In this document: positions 37,286 to 51,400 of the stretch, one piece after another
Layout of the letters: every line of letters begins with the position of its first letter
How positions within the stretch are numbered: the stretch's first letter is position 1
DNA from: Piromyces finnis finn
Taxonomy: Eukaryota; Fungi; Neocallimastigomycota
Assembly: GCA_002104945.1 (NCBI GenBank)
Contig: MCFH01000029.1
Location: 1-64,000 of the forward strand
Reading direction: 5' to 3'
DNA length: 64,000 bases
The notes under the pieces: model-generated
What the model was told of the DNA's origin: nothing
Databases searched by the model: none
Seen by the model: only the letters and a program-made list of their open reading frames with translations
Program-made: the position numbers and the translations under genes

Positions 37286-40200
37286 TCATGGAACAAAATT
37301 ATGATCTCCATTGGTTGCGCTGGCCCTCCTGGCCTGTCTTACTGTTTCTTCAGCATTGACGCTCTTGGATGTTGCTTCAAACCTTTTGAACATTGACCAT
37401 TGCTGGCCAATAGCAAAAGGCATGATTTTGGTTAGAAGTTCCGCGGTTACCGTCAAGAATGGTGTTCCTTCATTAGTACTAGATTGAATCTGACGCTTAC
37501 AAAGTTCTTTCCATTCCCTTGAATTGTAATTGATATTGTTAAAACTTCTTCCCCCAAGAATGAATTTAAATATTTTACTGCACACACTAGAATAATCATA
37601 CACATTAATATTCACCGGATTATTAGAACTATTACTATCATTAACTAAATTACTATCTAAATTAGAATTATTATCATCACTATTGCTATCATTACTAATA
37701 TTATTATTTCTATTACTACTATTGTTATTATTACTATTTCTATTATTACTATTACTACTATTGTTATTATTACTATTGTTATTATTACTATTGTTACTAT
37801 TACTATTACTGTTATTGCTATCTCTGCTGATATTATCAATTTCATTATTATTGATAGGACTATTGGAATTACGTTGACTGAAAAAATTTAAAAGATGGAC
37901 TATAGAATCATAATGTTTAATACGGATATCTCTAAATGTTGGACAATCTAATAACCAATGTTTAATATTTTGATCTCCACACTTGCAACATGGACAGTAG
38001 TTAGGACAAACTGGATCAACAAATTTAGCAGCTTTGGCAACTCTAGCATCCAACTTGTATCCGCTTCTTGCTTTCAATAGCCAGTAGAAGCCATAGGCAA
38101 ACTCTGGGTACTCATAACATAATTTAATAAAATCTTTAGTTTCAATAAATTTATTATCATCATAATATTGCGCTTTGATTGAATTCCCTTTGAGATCTTT
38201 CCAATAAAAGTTTTTAATTGCTTTAATATCTCCATGTTTCTTTAGTTTTTTATCAAGTGTCCTACTTGATTTGCACCACGTGTATTTTCTAAATTTAGGA
38301 ATGTAATTGACAAGGTGTGAGATAATACAATTTGAGTTTTTCCATTTGTTAAAACATCTAACCTGAGCTAATGCACATTTGGCTGACAATGGAGGAATAT
38401 TCAAATCTTTTGAAATAGAGTATAAAGATATAAACGATACAGCTTTATGAACTCCGGCAATCCATCGTATTCCTTTGTTAACATGCTTCTGAGCAATCCT
38501 AGACCTAGCTTTGTTGGATCCAAGTAATGGTGCAAAGTATGAAACTCTGCTAATCACTTGTGAGTTAAGTACTAGCTTTTTGAAGGGAATAGGAATATTA
38601 GGATTTCTTAAGAATTTACTGACTGAGAAAAGTCCTTTCAAAACCTTGTTATTGAGAGTTTTAATTACTGGTTTAAGGGACAAATTCTTATCAAATGGAA
38701 CACCAAGATAAGTATAGCAATCAGTAGTTGGAATGGGTTGTCCTGCTAAGTAAAATGTTGGATCTCTCTTGTTCTGATTTTCTATTGATTCAGGACGAAT
38801 CACCATCGTTGAACATTTCTGGATACCAAATTCCATTTCATTATACAGTGCCCATTCATTAACTCTTCTAAGCATCTTTTTTAAGCATCCTCTTGTTGGA
38901 GCACAAATAACTATATCATCTGCAAAAAGTCCACCACAGCATCGAGTGTCACCTAAACTGACTCCGAGATCTTCACACTCTTTAAATATATCATTAATAA
39001 AGAGATTAAAAAGAATAGGCGAAAGAGGGCAACCTTGACGGACTCCTTTCTTTACATCAAAAGATTTCGAGAATTGTCCATCTAATTTGACATTAGCCTT
39101 AGATGTTAAATATAAATTTTTGATAAATTGTAAACTCTTACCTCGGATTCCTAAACAATCTAATTTATGGAGAATATTACTGATTGGGACTGAATCGTAT
39201 GCTTTCCTGAGATCTAAAAAGGCCAAATATGTCTCTTTATTATCTAATTGACGTCTACGGCATATTTCTTGGATTGAAATGAAAAGACTAATACTTTCTT
39301 CCTTTTTTCGAAAACCAAATTGTTCAGGTCTAATGAAATTATTCTTTAAACCATATTCTGAGATTCTAGTGGTGACAATTTTGGAAATCAACTTAATACC
39401 ATTATTGATAAGTGATATACCTCGATAGTTATCACAATCTGTCAAATCTCCCTTCTTAGGAATAGAAACAATACTGGATTCATTCCAAGAGCTGGGGAAA
39501 TCTCCATCCCAAATACGGTTGAATAATTTAAGAATAAAATTTAACCCATGAACATCATTATCTGAAGTAGTATTACTGGAAGAATTATTATCTGTAGCAT
39601 TATTAGAATCATTACTTGATGGAATTAATGCTTTGTAAAATTCAATTGGAATACCATCTGGACCTGATGCTTTATAATTTGGAGTAGAGAGGATAGCTGA
39701 CTTAACTTCATCAATACTAATATCTTGGTTGATATCCCACTCATCAAGCATAGGAAGTGAAAAACGTTTATTCGTTGGTTCTTCATACCAATGCTCCAAA
39801 TCAAGACTTACACCACTTGGATCTGATGCAAGCTTTTCGAAATGATCATGCCACACTTCTAGTTGTTCTTCTGTAGCAGCAACTAATTCTCCATTTTTAT
39901 TTTTAATTGGTTGAGCAATAAAGAAAGAATCTTTTCCAATTTTTGCAGTTTTCTTGATCCATTTCCAGGCCTTCTTAGGATTATGACTCTTCATATACTC
40001 ACATCCTGTTTTAATCCAATGAAGATATTCTTGTTTCCTAAATTCATTACATCTTTTGTGGATGTAATCAATGAGCTTACGGTAGATTTTAATTCTTTTA
40101 ATAAATTCATCTATATCATAAATTCTTTCTTTTTTAAATCTCTTATACAACTTCATTTTGATTTTTTGAAGATTAAAAATTTGTTGTGAAATATGAAATG

Positions 40201-41832
40201 AAGACTTTATAGCATTATTTGCTGAGGTAATACTGAGCTCGTCTGCAATTGAAAAAGCAGTTGAAGTAAACTCTTTGGAAAGTTCATCTGTAGAAACATT
40301 AGGATCATTGAATTTTGCTGAAAGTATTTGGAATTTATTATGACTGAGAATAGATTCCTTTTCCTCAATACATTTTAATCTATTCCATTTCAGAATTTTC
40401 TTAGGAACATTAAAGTCATTAGAAAAATCTTCCATAGGAATAAAATTTTACCATTAATAAGAAGTGGCTTATGGTCTGATACTGGATAAAAATTATTTAT
40501 AAATGATCCTGAGTGAATAAGATCTTTCATCTTCGAATTGATAAGAGCATGGTCAATGTCGGAAGATTGATCACCTCGAGTCCAAGAGATAGTCGACCCT
40601 CTAAGCGGAAGAATTTCCCAATCTCCTAATCCATTAGTTGATAACCAGTTGGATAATTTTACTTTAGACATATTAAAATCACCAACAAGAATCGATGGAT
40701 GGGATGAATGAGTTTGTAACCACAAGCGAACTTCTAACTTTGCATGATCAACATAGATGTTGTGATGACTATGAGGCATATAAACATTTCCAATCGAGCA
40801 TTTGAATCTGTTCCAGAGACTAAAAGTATAAATAGAAATAATATACTTTCCAGAGAAGTTTTCAAGTGAGGCTTGACACGAATTGTGAAAACCTAAATAT
40901 AAACCTCTCATTCCCGGAACTGATTCGTCAGCTTTCTTGAAAAAGTGTCTATAGTTTCGCAAAGTAACACGACAAGGATAATCTGTATTCGATCCAGAAC
41001 CATTACCAGTTTCTTGGAAACATAAAAATAATGGTTTGAAAATAGCTGTGAAATAGCTAATACTATCTCTCTTTTCGTGATTCCACCCATTGGTGTTCCA
41101 ACTAAGACAAAAAGAAAAGTTATCAGGCTTGTTGGATGAGGATGAGGAAGAATCGTTGCTATTATTATTATTATTAAAGTCATCGTTATTAATGGATGAT
41201 GCATCAGAGGAATAAGTAGAACTATTACTAGATGGCTGTGAAACTGAAGAACTATCAACTATTGAACTGTTATCAGAGTTGATAGAGCTATTAGAATTAA
41301 TTGTTGAATGTTGAGATTGAAATTGTGTTTGCTGTAGATCTGGAATATTTTCATGATGGGAAACATGTTGAAGATCCTGTTGAAGATCTTGTTGAAGATC
41401 GGATTGTTGATGAGATTGTTGAACTGATTGTTGAAATGATTGTTGAATAGAATGTTGATGTTTATTAGAAACTAAAATTTTACGTTTGAGTGTGGAAAAA
41501 GTGTATTTGTGATTCCTTCTACTACGAGCTGAAAAGGAAATTGAGGTAACTGAAAGTTTCTTCTTTAATATGTGTAAGATTTTAATACAATCTTTTGATG
41601 AACCATGAACCTTGACTAAGAAAAAGTGATCATTGAAAGTCTGAAAATATTTAACACTAATAACTGAATTAAATTTATCTTCTAGAATAACCTCGAGTTT
41701 TTCCCATAGCATATTTACTGACCATGATCGAATACCACGGATAAAGAAGGAGCGAATATCATCTAAGGGGATACCATAAGACCGGGTACCACGTCTGATA
41801 TAATTCTTATCTTTAATATAAAGGACTGACAT
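37286..41832 (-). pseudogene. A1 APE-RT ORF with one 2-bp frameshift near 40442-40445
   Basis: ORFs 40390-41832 and 37286-40435 together equal the 1508-aa A2 protein. GGAATAAAATTTT in A1 versus GGAATAATTTT in A2. Confidence 0.92.
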
Positions 41833-42538
41833 GATAATTAATTCTAATTAAAAAATATTGAATATAAAATAAATACTAATAAAAATTACAAATATAACGT
41901 ATATGGAAAAAAATCTGTCTCTCTCTCTCTTCTTAAAAGTACTGGATAGTACAAAAATTGTTACGATGCTTTGTTTAAAGTTTCTTTTTTTTTTTTTTTT
42001 TTTTGAATTCTAGTTGTTAACTTTTTTTAAAAATTCTAGTTTTGGTTTGTTATTAGTAAATTCGATTCGCTTTTTGACACTAAACTTGTTTGACTTTACT
42101 TTTCATTAAATATTTAAATTGGTAAAAAATTTGAATCAAGAATGTCGACACCAGAAAGCTTGTGAATAGTATTTTTACATGATGTAGAGTGAATCAGTCT
42201 CTTACAAGAAACAATACAACAATAGCTACATGAATATAAAAATACAATGCAAATGCTAAAGTTGACTACATTGGATTCTTACAAGAGAAGAGTAGTACTA
42301 CATGAATACATGAATAAAAGAAAAAAATACAGCAACAAAATGTATTACTCTTCTAATTAAATACTATACAAACTTACCTGAGTATCAAACATTCAACTTA
42401 TTCATTAAATACTTAAATTCGATGAATAAAATGTTTTTTAATCGCTCAGTACCATGAGCTTAGTCCTAATAATTTTCCCTTAAAGACTAACCAAGCATCC
42501 ATTGCGCAATACTTGGATTTAATTCTTTCTACTCTCTC

Positions 42539-42580
<42 letters not shown>

Positions 42581-42631
42581 CTAGGAAGAGAATACACATC
42601 TTTTATTTATTTACTTACTTAATTAGTGATA

Positions 42632-45600
42632 TTACATAATATTAGGTGATAATACATATTGATAATGATATAATAAATAATAAATAAAAATAATAAAATA
42701 TATATAAATAAAAATATAAATATAAAAAAATATAAAATAATTATTTAAGTTGCATAAAAGTTCAATGAACTCTGCAATTTGTACTGTGTGGGATTGGTCC
42801 CTACCTAATAAATTAAATGAAATAAAAAAAAGAAGTAACATCAGGTATGATAGTGTGGTGTCCACTAAACTCTCCCATGAGTTCATAATGTTTTCATTCG
42901 AATTTGAGGAAATACTAACATTGAACCCTGTGTACGGAACATTGGAAATGTTCCTTTGCCATATCGGTACGACGTCGGCGCTCTTGATTACGTTAGGTGT
43001 CTTACTAAACCTATCAAAAAGTAGCTTCATAGAGCTACTAATGATAGGGATTGTTTTAGTAAGAAAAGCCGCGAGACCCTCTACATATGGAACATGAGAC
43101 CCCGATGAACTGTAAAGCTGTTCATTCAAATGTCTTTGTTCCGCCTTATCGATTTGTAGCTCATCATAAGCTAAAGTTCTACCAAGAAGGAACGTAAAAA
43201 TATAGTTATAAATTATTTTTCTTACTTCCGTTTCGGGGAGTAAGTATGTGATGAATTGATTCTTATATTTATTGTAAAAAAGGGTAAAAAGATCGTCAAG
43301 AAAGCTAAGTGAAGAAGCTCTGTATTCAGAGAATGCAGAACATTCTAATATCCAATGGTAAAAAGATTGTTCGTCATATCCGCAACATGGACCGACACGA
43401 GGGCAGTCAGGAGTAACTCTATTACTGGCAATAGCAATTCGGGTAGTATTTTCATAACCGCATCGAATACGAATAATCCAGGTAATTCCTAAATTTAAGT
43501 GAGGTTTGTTGAGACCGATATGCATTAGGCGATTTGAATTAAGGAATTTGTTGTTAGTATATCTGAGGGCTTTACTTCCATTATTTAGGCTACTATTATT
43601 CCAATAATATTCTCTAATATCTTTAGTGCTTTTAATATTTATTTTCATAAGCTTCTTATGTAGTGAACAAGATTCTTTGGCCCAAGAGTAATGAGACATG
43701 GGAGGAATAGATCGGACGAGATCTTTAATTATACAATTTGATTTTCTCCATTTAACAAAGCATTTCACTTGTTGCGCAGCACAAATACCTGAAAGGGTAG
43801 GGATCTTCATATCTCTTGTAAGAGCATACAGACTAATAAATGAATTTCGTTCAAAAACAAAATCTTTGTTATTAAAACTTTTATTATGAAAGCTATTGAC
43901 ACTCCATAAAACAGCAGTATTGATAAGAGATTGGACTCTTCTAGTTCTATTTTTGTTGGAACCAAGCAAAGGAGCATAATAAGAGACTTTGCTTAAAATA
44001 TAAGAATGAATTACTATGTTTTTTAAGCCAATAGGAACACAATTGTTGGTGAGGAAGTTCTTAAAAGAGAATAAAGAATTCTGAACTTTTTTGTACATAT
44101 TAGACAGAATAGGAGTCAAAGAAAGATCTTCGTCGAATGGGATTCCAAGATAAGTATAGCAAGAAACCTTTGGAATCGAGTACATACCGATGTAAAATGT
44201 TGAGTCGACATAACTAGGGGATCTATTAAAGTTGATAGGTTTAACAACAATAGTTGCACATTTATTTATTCCAAAAGACATTTCATTTAAATTAGCCCAA
44301 TCAAGGACTAGATTGAGCATCTTTTGAAGGTTCTTCTTACTAGGAGCAATCAAAACAATGTCATCAGCGAAAAGGCCACCACAACAACGTTTATTACCTA
44401 AGCTAACTCCAAGCCTTTCACATTTATTTAAAATATCATTGATAAAGAGGTTAAACAGTATAGGAGAAAGAGGACATCCTTGTCTTACACCACGGTTTAT
44501 AGGGAATTCATTGGAAAGCATATCCAAGAAACGTGCACGAGCTTTAGAGGTAGAGTAGAGATTATTGAGAAAATCAAAACATTTACCACGTATACCTAAT
44601 TTATATAACTTTGTAAGGATATTAAAAATAGGAACTGAGTCGTATGCTTTTTTAAGGTCTAGAAAGGCGACATAAGTGGCTTTTCCTTTAAATTTCCTTC
44701 TTTGACAGATTTCTCTAATGGAAATAAATAAGCTAATACATTCTTCTTTATTGCGAAAACCAAATTGCTCAGGTCTTATAAAATTATGAGAAAGAGCATA
44801 CTTTGAAATTCTATTAGTTACAATTTTTGAAATAATTTCAAGACCTACATTGATGAGAGAAATACCACGATAATTATTACAGTCTGAGAGATCGCCTTAC
44901 TTTGGAATAGAAACAATGGAAGCAGAGTTCCATTTCAAAGGAAAGGAACCATTCCAGATTTTATTAAAAATTAATTTAAGACAATTTCCAGCAGACTTAT
45001 GTTCTTTCTCCAGTTCTTCGTTACAAAAGAAAGCTTTGAAAAATTCAATTGGGATACCATCGGGACCTGGAGCCTTGTTATTCTTCATTGACAGAACAAC
45101 ATTTCTAATTTCCTCAATAGAAATGGGATCATTTATATCCCATGCTATTTGATTGATATGGTTGAATTGGAAGGCTCTTTCCCAGTAACCACGATTTAAG
45201 CTGTGATTTGTAACATCAGATGCAAGATTTTCATAATGTTCAGCCCAACGTTTTAATTGTTCTTGAGGAGTAAATAAATCCTTGCCATTCTTGTCCTTAA
45301 TAGTTGAAACATGGGAGGACGAATAACTTGGTTTGGCAAGTTTTTTAAGGCCTTTCCAACCTTGTCTAAAGCTTTTATCAATAAAATGTTTACCGATAGA
45401 AACAATATTAGCTTTATAGAGATTGGATCTGAATTTGCTCTTAACCTTTTTGATGGTATTACATAGATTTTGGTATATGGAGAACTGGTTAAGATAATTT
45501 TCCATGTCAGCGCAATCTGAAAGGGGCTTAATATTTTTGTAAGCCAGGTGTTTTTCATGTGATAAGTTTTTGATGTATTGAGGGCAATGGAATGCTGGAC

Positions 45601-46930
45601 CTTTTAAATCTGCAGGCACAATGGCTTTTATTTCTTTACCTATAGTTTTGGAAGTATCTAAAAATCTTGAAACCATATCGTCAGCCGAAAGGCTATCACA
45701 ATTAGCTTCAAGCTCGGAAGCTAGAACAGCAAAGCGATTACTAGTAAGAATGTCAGAACACTTTGTGTTACAGATATGACTTGACCACTTAAAGGTCTTC
45801 TTAGGCTTTTTGAAACCATCCGAAGAGTCTTTTTTACAAGACACAAGGATCGGTTTGTGATCAGAAACATCGTGGAAAACTTCACAAACTGAAGATTTGT
45901 TTATGTGTTCTGTCATAGCTTTGTTGTATATAATATGATCAATGCATGAAGATTTAGATCCTTTTTCCCAGGTAAAATTATTACCAGTTAACTCAGCCAT
46001 AGTCCAATCCGGGAAGTGTTGTGATATATAAGATTTGATTTTAATAGCTGACATATTAAAGTCTCCTACAAGGATAGCTGGGTGGTTGAATTTGTTATGC
46101 GTTGTTAACCACTTATCAAGTTCATCAAAGGCAATTAATCTAGCATCCGGCCATCTAGTTTGCGGGAAGTAAATATTACCAATGGTACATCTCTGGTTCC
46201 AAAATGACAATATTGTAACTGAAATGATGTACTTATATAGAAGAGGTTCAGGAGTAAAGGAACAAGAATTATGAACACCAATGTAAAGTCCTCTCATACC
46301 TGGAACTTTAGGATTAGCACGTCTGTGTACTGGTTTATAGTTCGGTAGGCATGGGGAGGAAATTGCATTACCACAGAGGAATTGGCTGTTACCTACTTCT
46401 TGAAGACAGACACATACAGGTTTGAAAACAGAGATGAAGTATAAAACACCGTCCTTTTTCTCCGGGTTCCAACCATTGATGTTCCAACAAGTACATAAGT
46501 TGAAAAAGGAAGCATTAGAGCTTAGATGACTAAAATAGAAATCGTCAGAGAGTGGACCAGTAGTAGATTTGATAGATCGTTTGTTTTTGTATGATCTATT
46601 GTTTTTGAGCTTATCAATGAATTTCCAAGATATTTTACTAGAGATTGGGAGTTTTTCAGAAAGTGAGTGTATAAGTAACATGGCTTTAAGCGGACATTTT
46701 CCATTGACTTTAAGAATGAAATAGATACCGAGTGATTGTGAATATTTTTTGGTGAGGGATTGAAGAATATCATTGAAAGGTTGAATGTCCTTTAAAAGAA
46801 ATTCCATTAGTCGTTGTTTTGACCATGAACTAAGATCATGGATAAAAATTAGATATGATTTATTGGAGTTAGATCCGAAGAAACGAAGACCACGTCGTAA
46901 GGTAGGTACAGTACAATTGGTATTGTTCAT
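42632..46930 (-). pseudogene. Family B APE-RT ORF (1432 codons) with one in-frame TAA at 44897-44899
   Basis: The two ORF-track pieces are in the same frame; IPK*GDLSDCNNYRG is open on both sides. APE motifs WNINGW, LQEV, GDFN, IDH, SDH; RT motifs FLDLKKAYDSV, QGCPLSP, LFADD. Confidence 0.92.
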
Positions 46931-48173
46931 TTTGAAAGAACTTATTATGACAATAGATATTAATAGTTTGAAGTATTGATATAATGATATAAATAAGATA
47001 ATGAAATAAAATATATAGTAAAATAAAAATAATAATAGTAAAGACGGATATAATATATAGCAAGTGGATTATTTGTCAAACAATATTTTAAATTTATAAC
47101 TGGAAAAGTGGCTAAGTTGTTGACAAACTTAGTTCTAACTCTACTGAAGACTTTAAACGGGAAGATAAATTTTGAATATCTATCACTTTGGATTTCTGTA
47201 TTATAACTGTATTTTGAAAGCTCTTTATATTAATAAGAATTGTATAATTTATTGGATGATTATTGTATTGTGTTGATTCTGATTGTTGAAATTGAACATT
47301 CATATAGGTTGTTTATGTTGTAAGGTAGAGAGATAATAAGAGTGAAAAGTTGTTATATCAAAAATAATGGAAAAAAAGTTGAAGAATTTTGGGTAAACAT
47401 AATAAAAAAATTTTTTTTTTTTTTTTTTTTTTAAAGATAAAATTGAAACAAGAGTAGTATTTACAATATAAAAATAGAATACTCGATTTTCCAGGATAGA
47501 AGCTTTGATAATAGAAATGTTAAAGAAAAAAAGGTGTTAATACTTACCATAATAGTCCATAATAAACCTAATTAAGTTATACAGATATATAAATATACAT
47601 ATAATATAGAGTATAAGAAATATATATATATAGAAAAGAGATAGAAAAAGTATACAAAAGAATGTTAGTAGAAAAGAGATTCCTTGGAAAATCTAGAGTT
47701 ACAAAAAAATAAGAAATAAAAAAAGATATTACTAGAATCATATAAAATCATAAAGGAAAAATAAAAAAAAGCCGCGCCCCTCGAAAATAATAAAAATAGA
47801 AAAAATAAAAGATTAAATATGATTATAGTAATGAAAGCTGCACCCCACACGAAACTCAAGAATAAATGAAAGGAATAACCAACTAACTGAAAAAACAAAA
47901 CTATCTGACTAATCAACATATAAAGAATAAAAAAGGAATAAAAGAACAAAGAGAATAAGTAGTAAACTGGGATAACAAATTATCGATGAAAGCTAAAATA
48001 AAAATGAAATCAAGAAATATTCAAAATCAGTATTTAATACTACCGAATCAAACAATTTTAAGTTTAAAATAATATGTTATAAAAGTTGTTAAAGCAACTA
48101 CTATCTAAAAAATAAGTTGAAGGTGTAAGGGATATATGATATAACAACTAACACTCAAATTATCAACTCTGTT

Positions 48174-48345
48174 CGCTCAGTACCATGAGCTTAGTCCTAA
48201 TAATATTTCCAAATAAAGACTAACCAAGTATCCATTGCGCAATACTTGGATTTAATTCTTTCTACTCTCTCAGTACCATGAGCATGAGTAGACCCCCTTG
48301 AGAAACTACATTTATTAAATAAATGAAGGCACGTACCCAAGAGGG
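48174..48345 (-). ncRNA. Conserved structured 5' module of LINE B (copies at 53794-53963 and, split, from 42443)
   Basis: Five stems, with one covarying pair across three copies. G-U wobbles favour the element sense strand. Function unknown. Confidence 0.55.
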
Positions 48346-48405
48346 AAATAATTAGCAGCGGTATGTTACGATCATACTACTCTCTCAGTACCATGAGCAT
48401 GAGTA

Positions 48406-51400
48406 TTTTTTTTTTTTTTTTTTTTTTTTAACGGCATCAAATATTTTAAACTTTATTATTAATTTAATTAAAATTATAATACATGTAATAAAAAATTAAA
48501 AATAAATAAAAATAAAAAAAAATATGTTTAAATAAACACAAATGAATAAAAATTGGGTATAATGTATTCTAGTAATTTTAATTAAAGTAAGAAAGCCACT
48601 ATCATACTAAAGTATAATAATTGTATTTGACTTCCAATGGGACACCGAGCCAAAGATCAAAAATTTTGTCATGGAACAAAATTATGATCTCCATTGGTTG
48701 CGCTGGCCCTCCTGGCCTGTCTTACTGTTTCTTCAGCATTGACGCTCTTGGATGTTGCTTCAAACCTTTTGAACATTGACCATTGCTGGCCAATAGCAAA
48801 AGGCATGATTTTGGTTAGAAGTTCCGCGGTTACCGTCAAGAATGGTGTTCCTTCATTAGTACCAGATTGAATCTGACGCTTACAAAGTTCTTTCCATTCC
48901 CTTGAATTGTAATTGATATTGTTAAAACTTCTTCCCCCAAGAAGGAATTTAAATATTTTACTGCACACACTAGAATAATCATACACATTAATATTCACCG
49001 GATTATTAGAACTATTACTATCATTAACTAAATTACTATCTAAATTAGAATTATTATCTTCACTATTGCTATCATTACTAATATTATTATTTCTATTACT
49101 ACTATTGTTATTATTACTATTGTTACTATTACTATTGTTATTATTACTATTGTTACTATTACTATTAATATTATTACTATCTCTACTGATATTATCAATT
49201 TCATTATTATTGATAGGACTATTGGAATTACGTTGACTGAAAAAATTTAATAGCTGGACTATGGAATCATAATGTTTAATACGGATATCTCTAAATGTTG
49301 GACAATCTAATAACCAATGTTTAATACTTTGATCTCCACACTTGCAACATGGACAGTAGTTAGGACAAACTGGATCAACAAATTTGGCAGCTTTGGCAAC
49401 TCTAGCATCCAACTTGTATCCGCTTCTTGCTTTCAATAGCCAGTAGAAGCCATAGGCAAACTCTGGGTACTCATAACATAATTTAATAAAATCTTTAGTT
49501 TCAATAAACTTATTATCATCATAATATTGCGCTTTGATTGAATTCCCTTTGAGATCTTTCCAATAAAAGTTTTTAACTGCTTTAACATCTCCATGTTTCT
49601 TTAGTTTTTTATCAAGTGTCCTACTTGATTTGCACCACGTGTATTTTCTAAATTTAGGAATGTAATTGACAAGGTATGAGATAATACAATTTGAGTTTTT
49701 CCATTTGTTAAAACATCTAACCTGAGCTAATGCACATTTGGCTGACAATGGAGGAATATTCAAATCTTTTGAAATAGAGTATAAAGATATAAACGATACA
49801 GCTTTATGAACTCCGGCAACCCATCGTATTCCTTTGTTAACATGCTTCTGTGCAATTCTAGACCTGGCTTTGTTGGATCCAAGTAATGGTGCAAAGTATG
49901 AAACTCTGCTAATCACTTGTGAGTTAAGTACTAGCTTTTTGAAGGGAATAGGAATATTAGGATTTCTTAAGAATTTACTGACTGAAAAAAGCCCTTTCAA
50001 AACCTTGTTATTAAGAGCTTTAATAACTGGTTTAAGGGACAGATTCTTATCAAATGGAACACCAAGATAAGTATAACAATCAGTAGTTGGAATGGGTTGT
50101 CCTGCTAAGTAAAATGTTGGATCTCTCTTGTTCTGATTTTCTATTGATTCAGGACGAATCACCATCGTTGAACACTTCTGGATACCAAATTCCATTTCAT
50201 TATACAAGGCCCATTCATTAACTCTTCTAAGCATCTTTTTTAAGCATCCTCTTGTTGGAGCACAAATAACTATATCATCTGCAAAAAGTCCACCACAGCA
50301 TCGAGTGTCACCTAAACTGACTCCGAGATCTTCACACTCTTTAAATATATCATTAATAAAGAGATTAAAGAGAATAGGAGAAAGAGGGCATCCTTGACGG
50401 ACTCCTTTCTTCACATCAAAAGATTTCGAGAATTGTCCATCTAATTTGACATTAGCCTTAGATGTTAAATATAAATTTTTGATGAATTGTAAACTCTTAC
50501 CTCGGATTCCTAAACAATCTAATTTATGGAGAATATTACCGATTGGGACTGAATCGTATGCTTTCCTGAGATCTAAAAAGGCCAAATATGTCTCTTTATT
50601 ATCTAATTGACGTCTACGGCATATTTCTTGGATTGAAATGAAAAGACTGATACTTTCTTCCTTTTTTCGAAAACCAAATTGTTCAGGTCTAATGAAATTA
50701 TTCTTTAGACCATATTCTGAGATTCTAGTGGTGACAATTTTGGAAATCAACTTAATACCATTATTGATAAGTGATATACCTCGATAGTTATCACAATCTG
50801 TCAAATCTCCCTTCTTAGGAATAGAAACAATACTGGATTCATTCCATGAGTTGGGGAAGTCTCCATCCCAAATACGGTTGTATAATTTAAGAATAAAATT
50901 TAAACCATAAGCATCATTATCTGAAGTGGTATTACCGGAAGAATTATTATCTGTAGCATTATTAGAATCATTACTTGATGGAATTAATGCTTTGTAAAAT
51001 TCAATTGGAATACCATCCGGACCTGATGCTTTATAATTCGGAGTAGAGAGGATAGCTGACTTGACTTCATCAATACTAATATCTTGGTTGATATCCCATT
51101 CATCAAGCATAGGGAGTGAAAAACGTTTATTCGTTGGTTCTTCATACCAATGCTCCAAATCAAGACTTACGCCACTTGGATCTGATGCAAGATTTTCGAA
51201 ATGATCATGCCACACATCTAGTTGTTCTTCCGTAGCAACAACTAATTCTCCATTTTTATTTTTAATTGGTTGAGCAATAAAGAAAGAATCTTTTCCAATT
51301 TTTGCAGTTTTCTTGATCCATTTCCAGGCCTTCTTAGGATTATGACTCTTCATATACTCACATCCTGTTTTAATCCAATGAAGATATTCTTGCTTCCTAA

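Larger units (their letters stand above)
42542..48376 (-). mobile_element. Full-length LINE family B copy
   Basis: Poly-T tail to 42577, ~1.45-kb 5' UTR, and a 12-13-bp TSD CTACTCTCTCAG(T) at 42529-42541 and 48377-48389. Confidence 0.92.

Noticed and set aside
37657-37877. Poly-Leu/Ile ORFs
   Set aside because: They are alternative-frame or antisense readings of the Asn/Ser repeat in LINE A.
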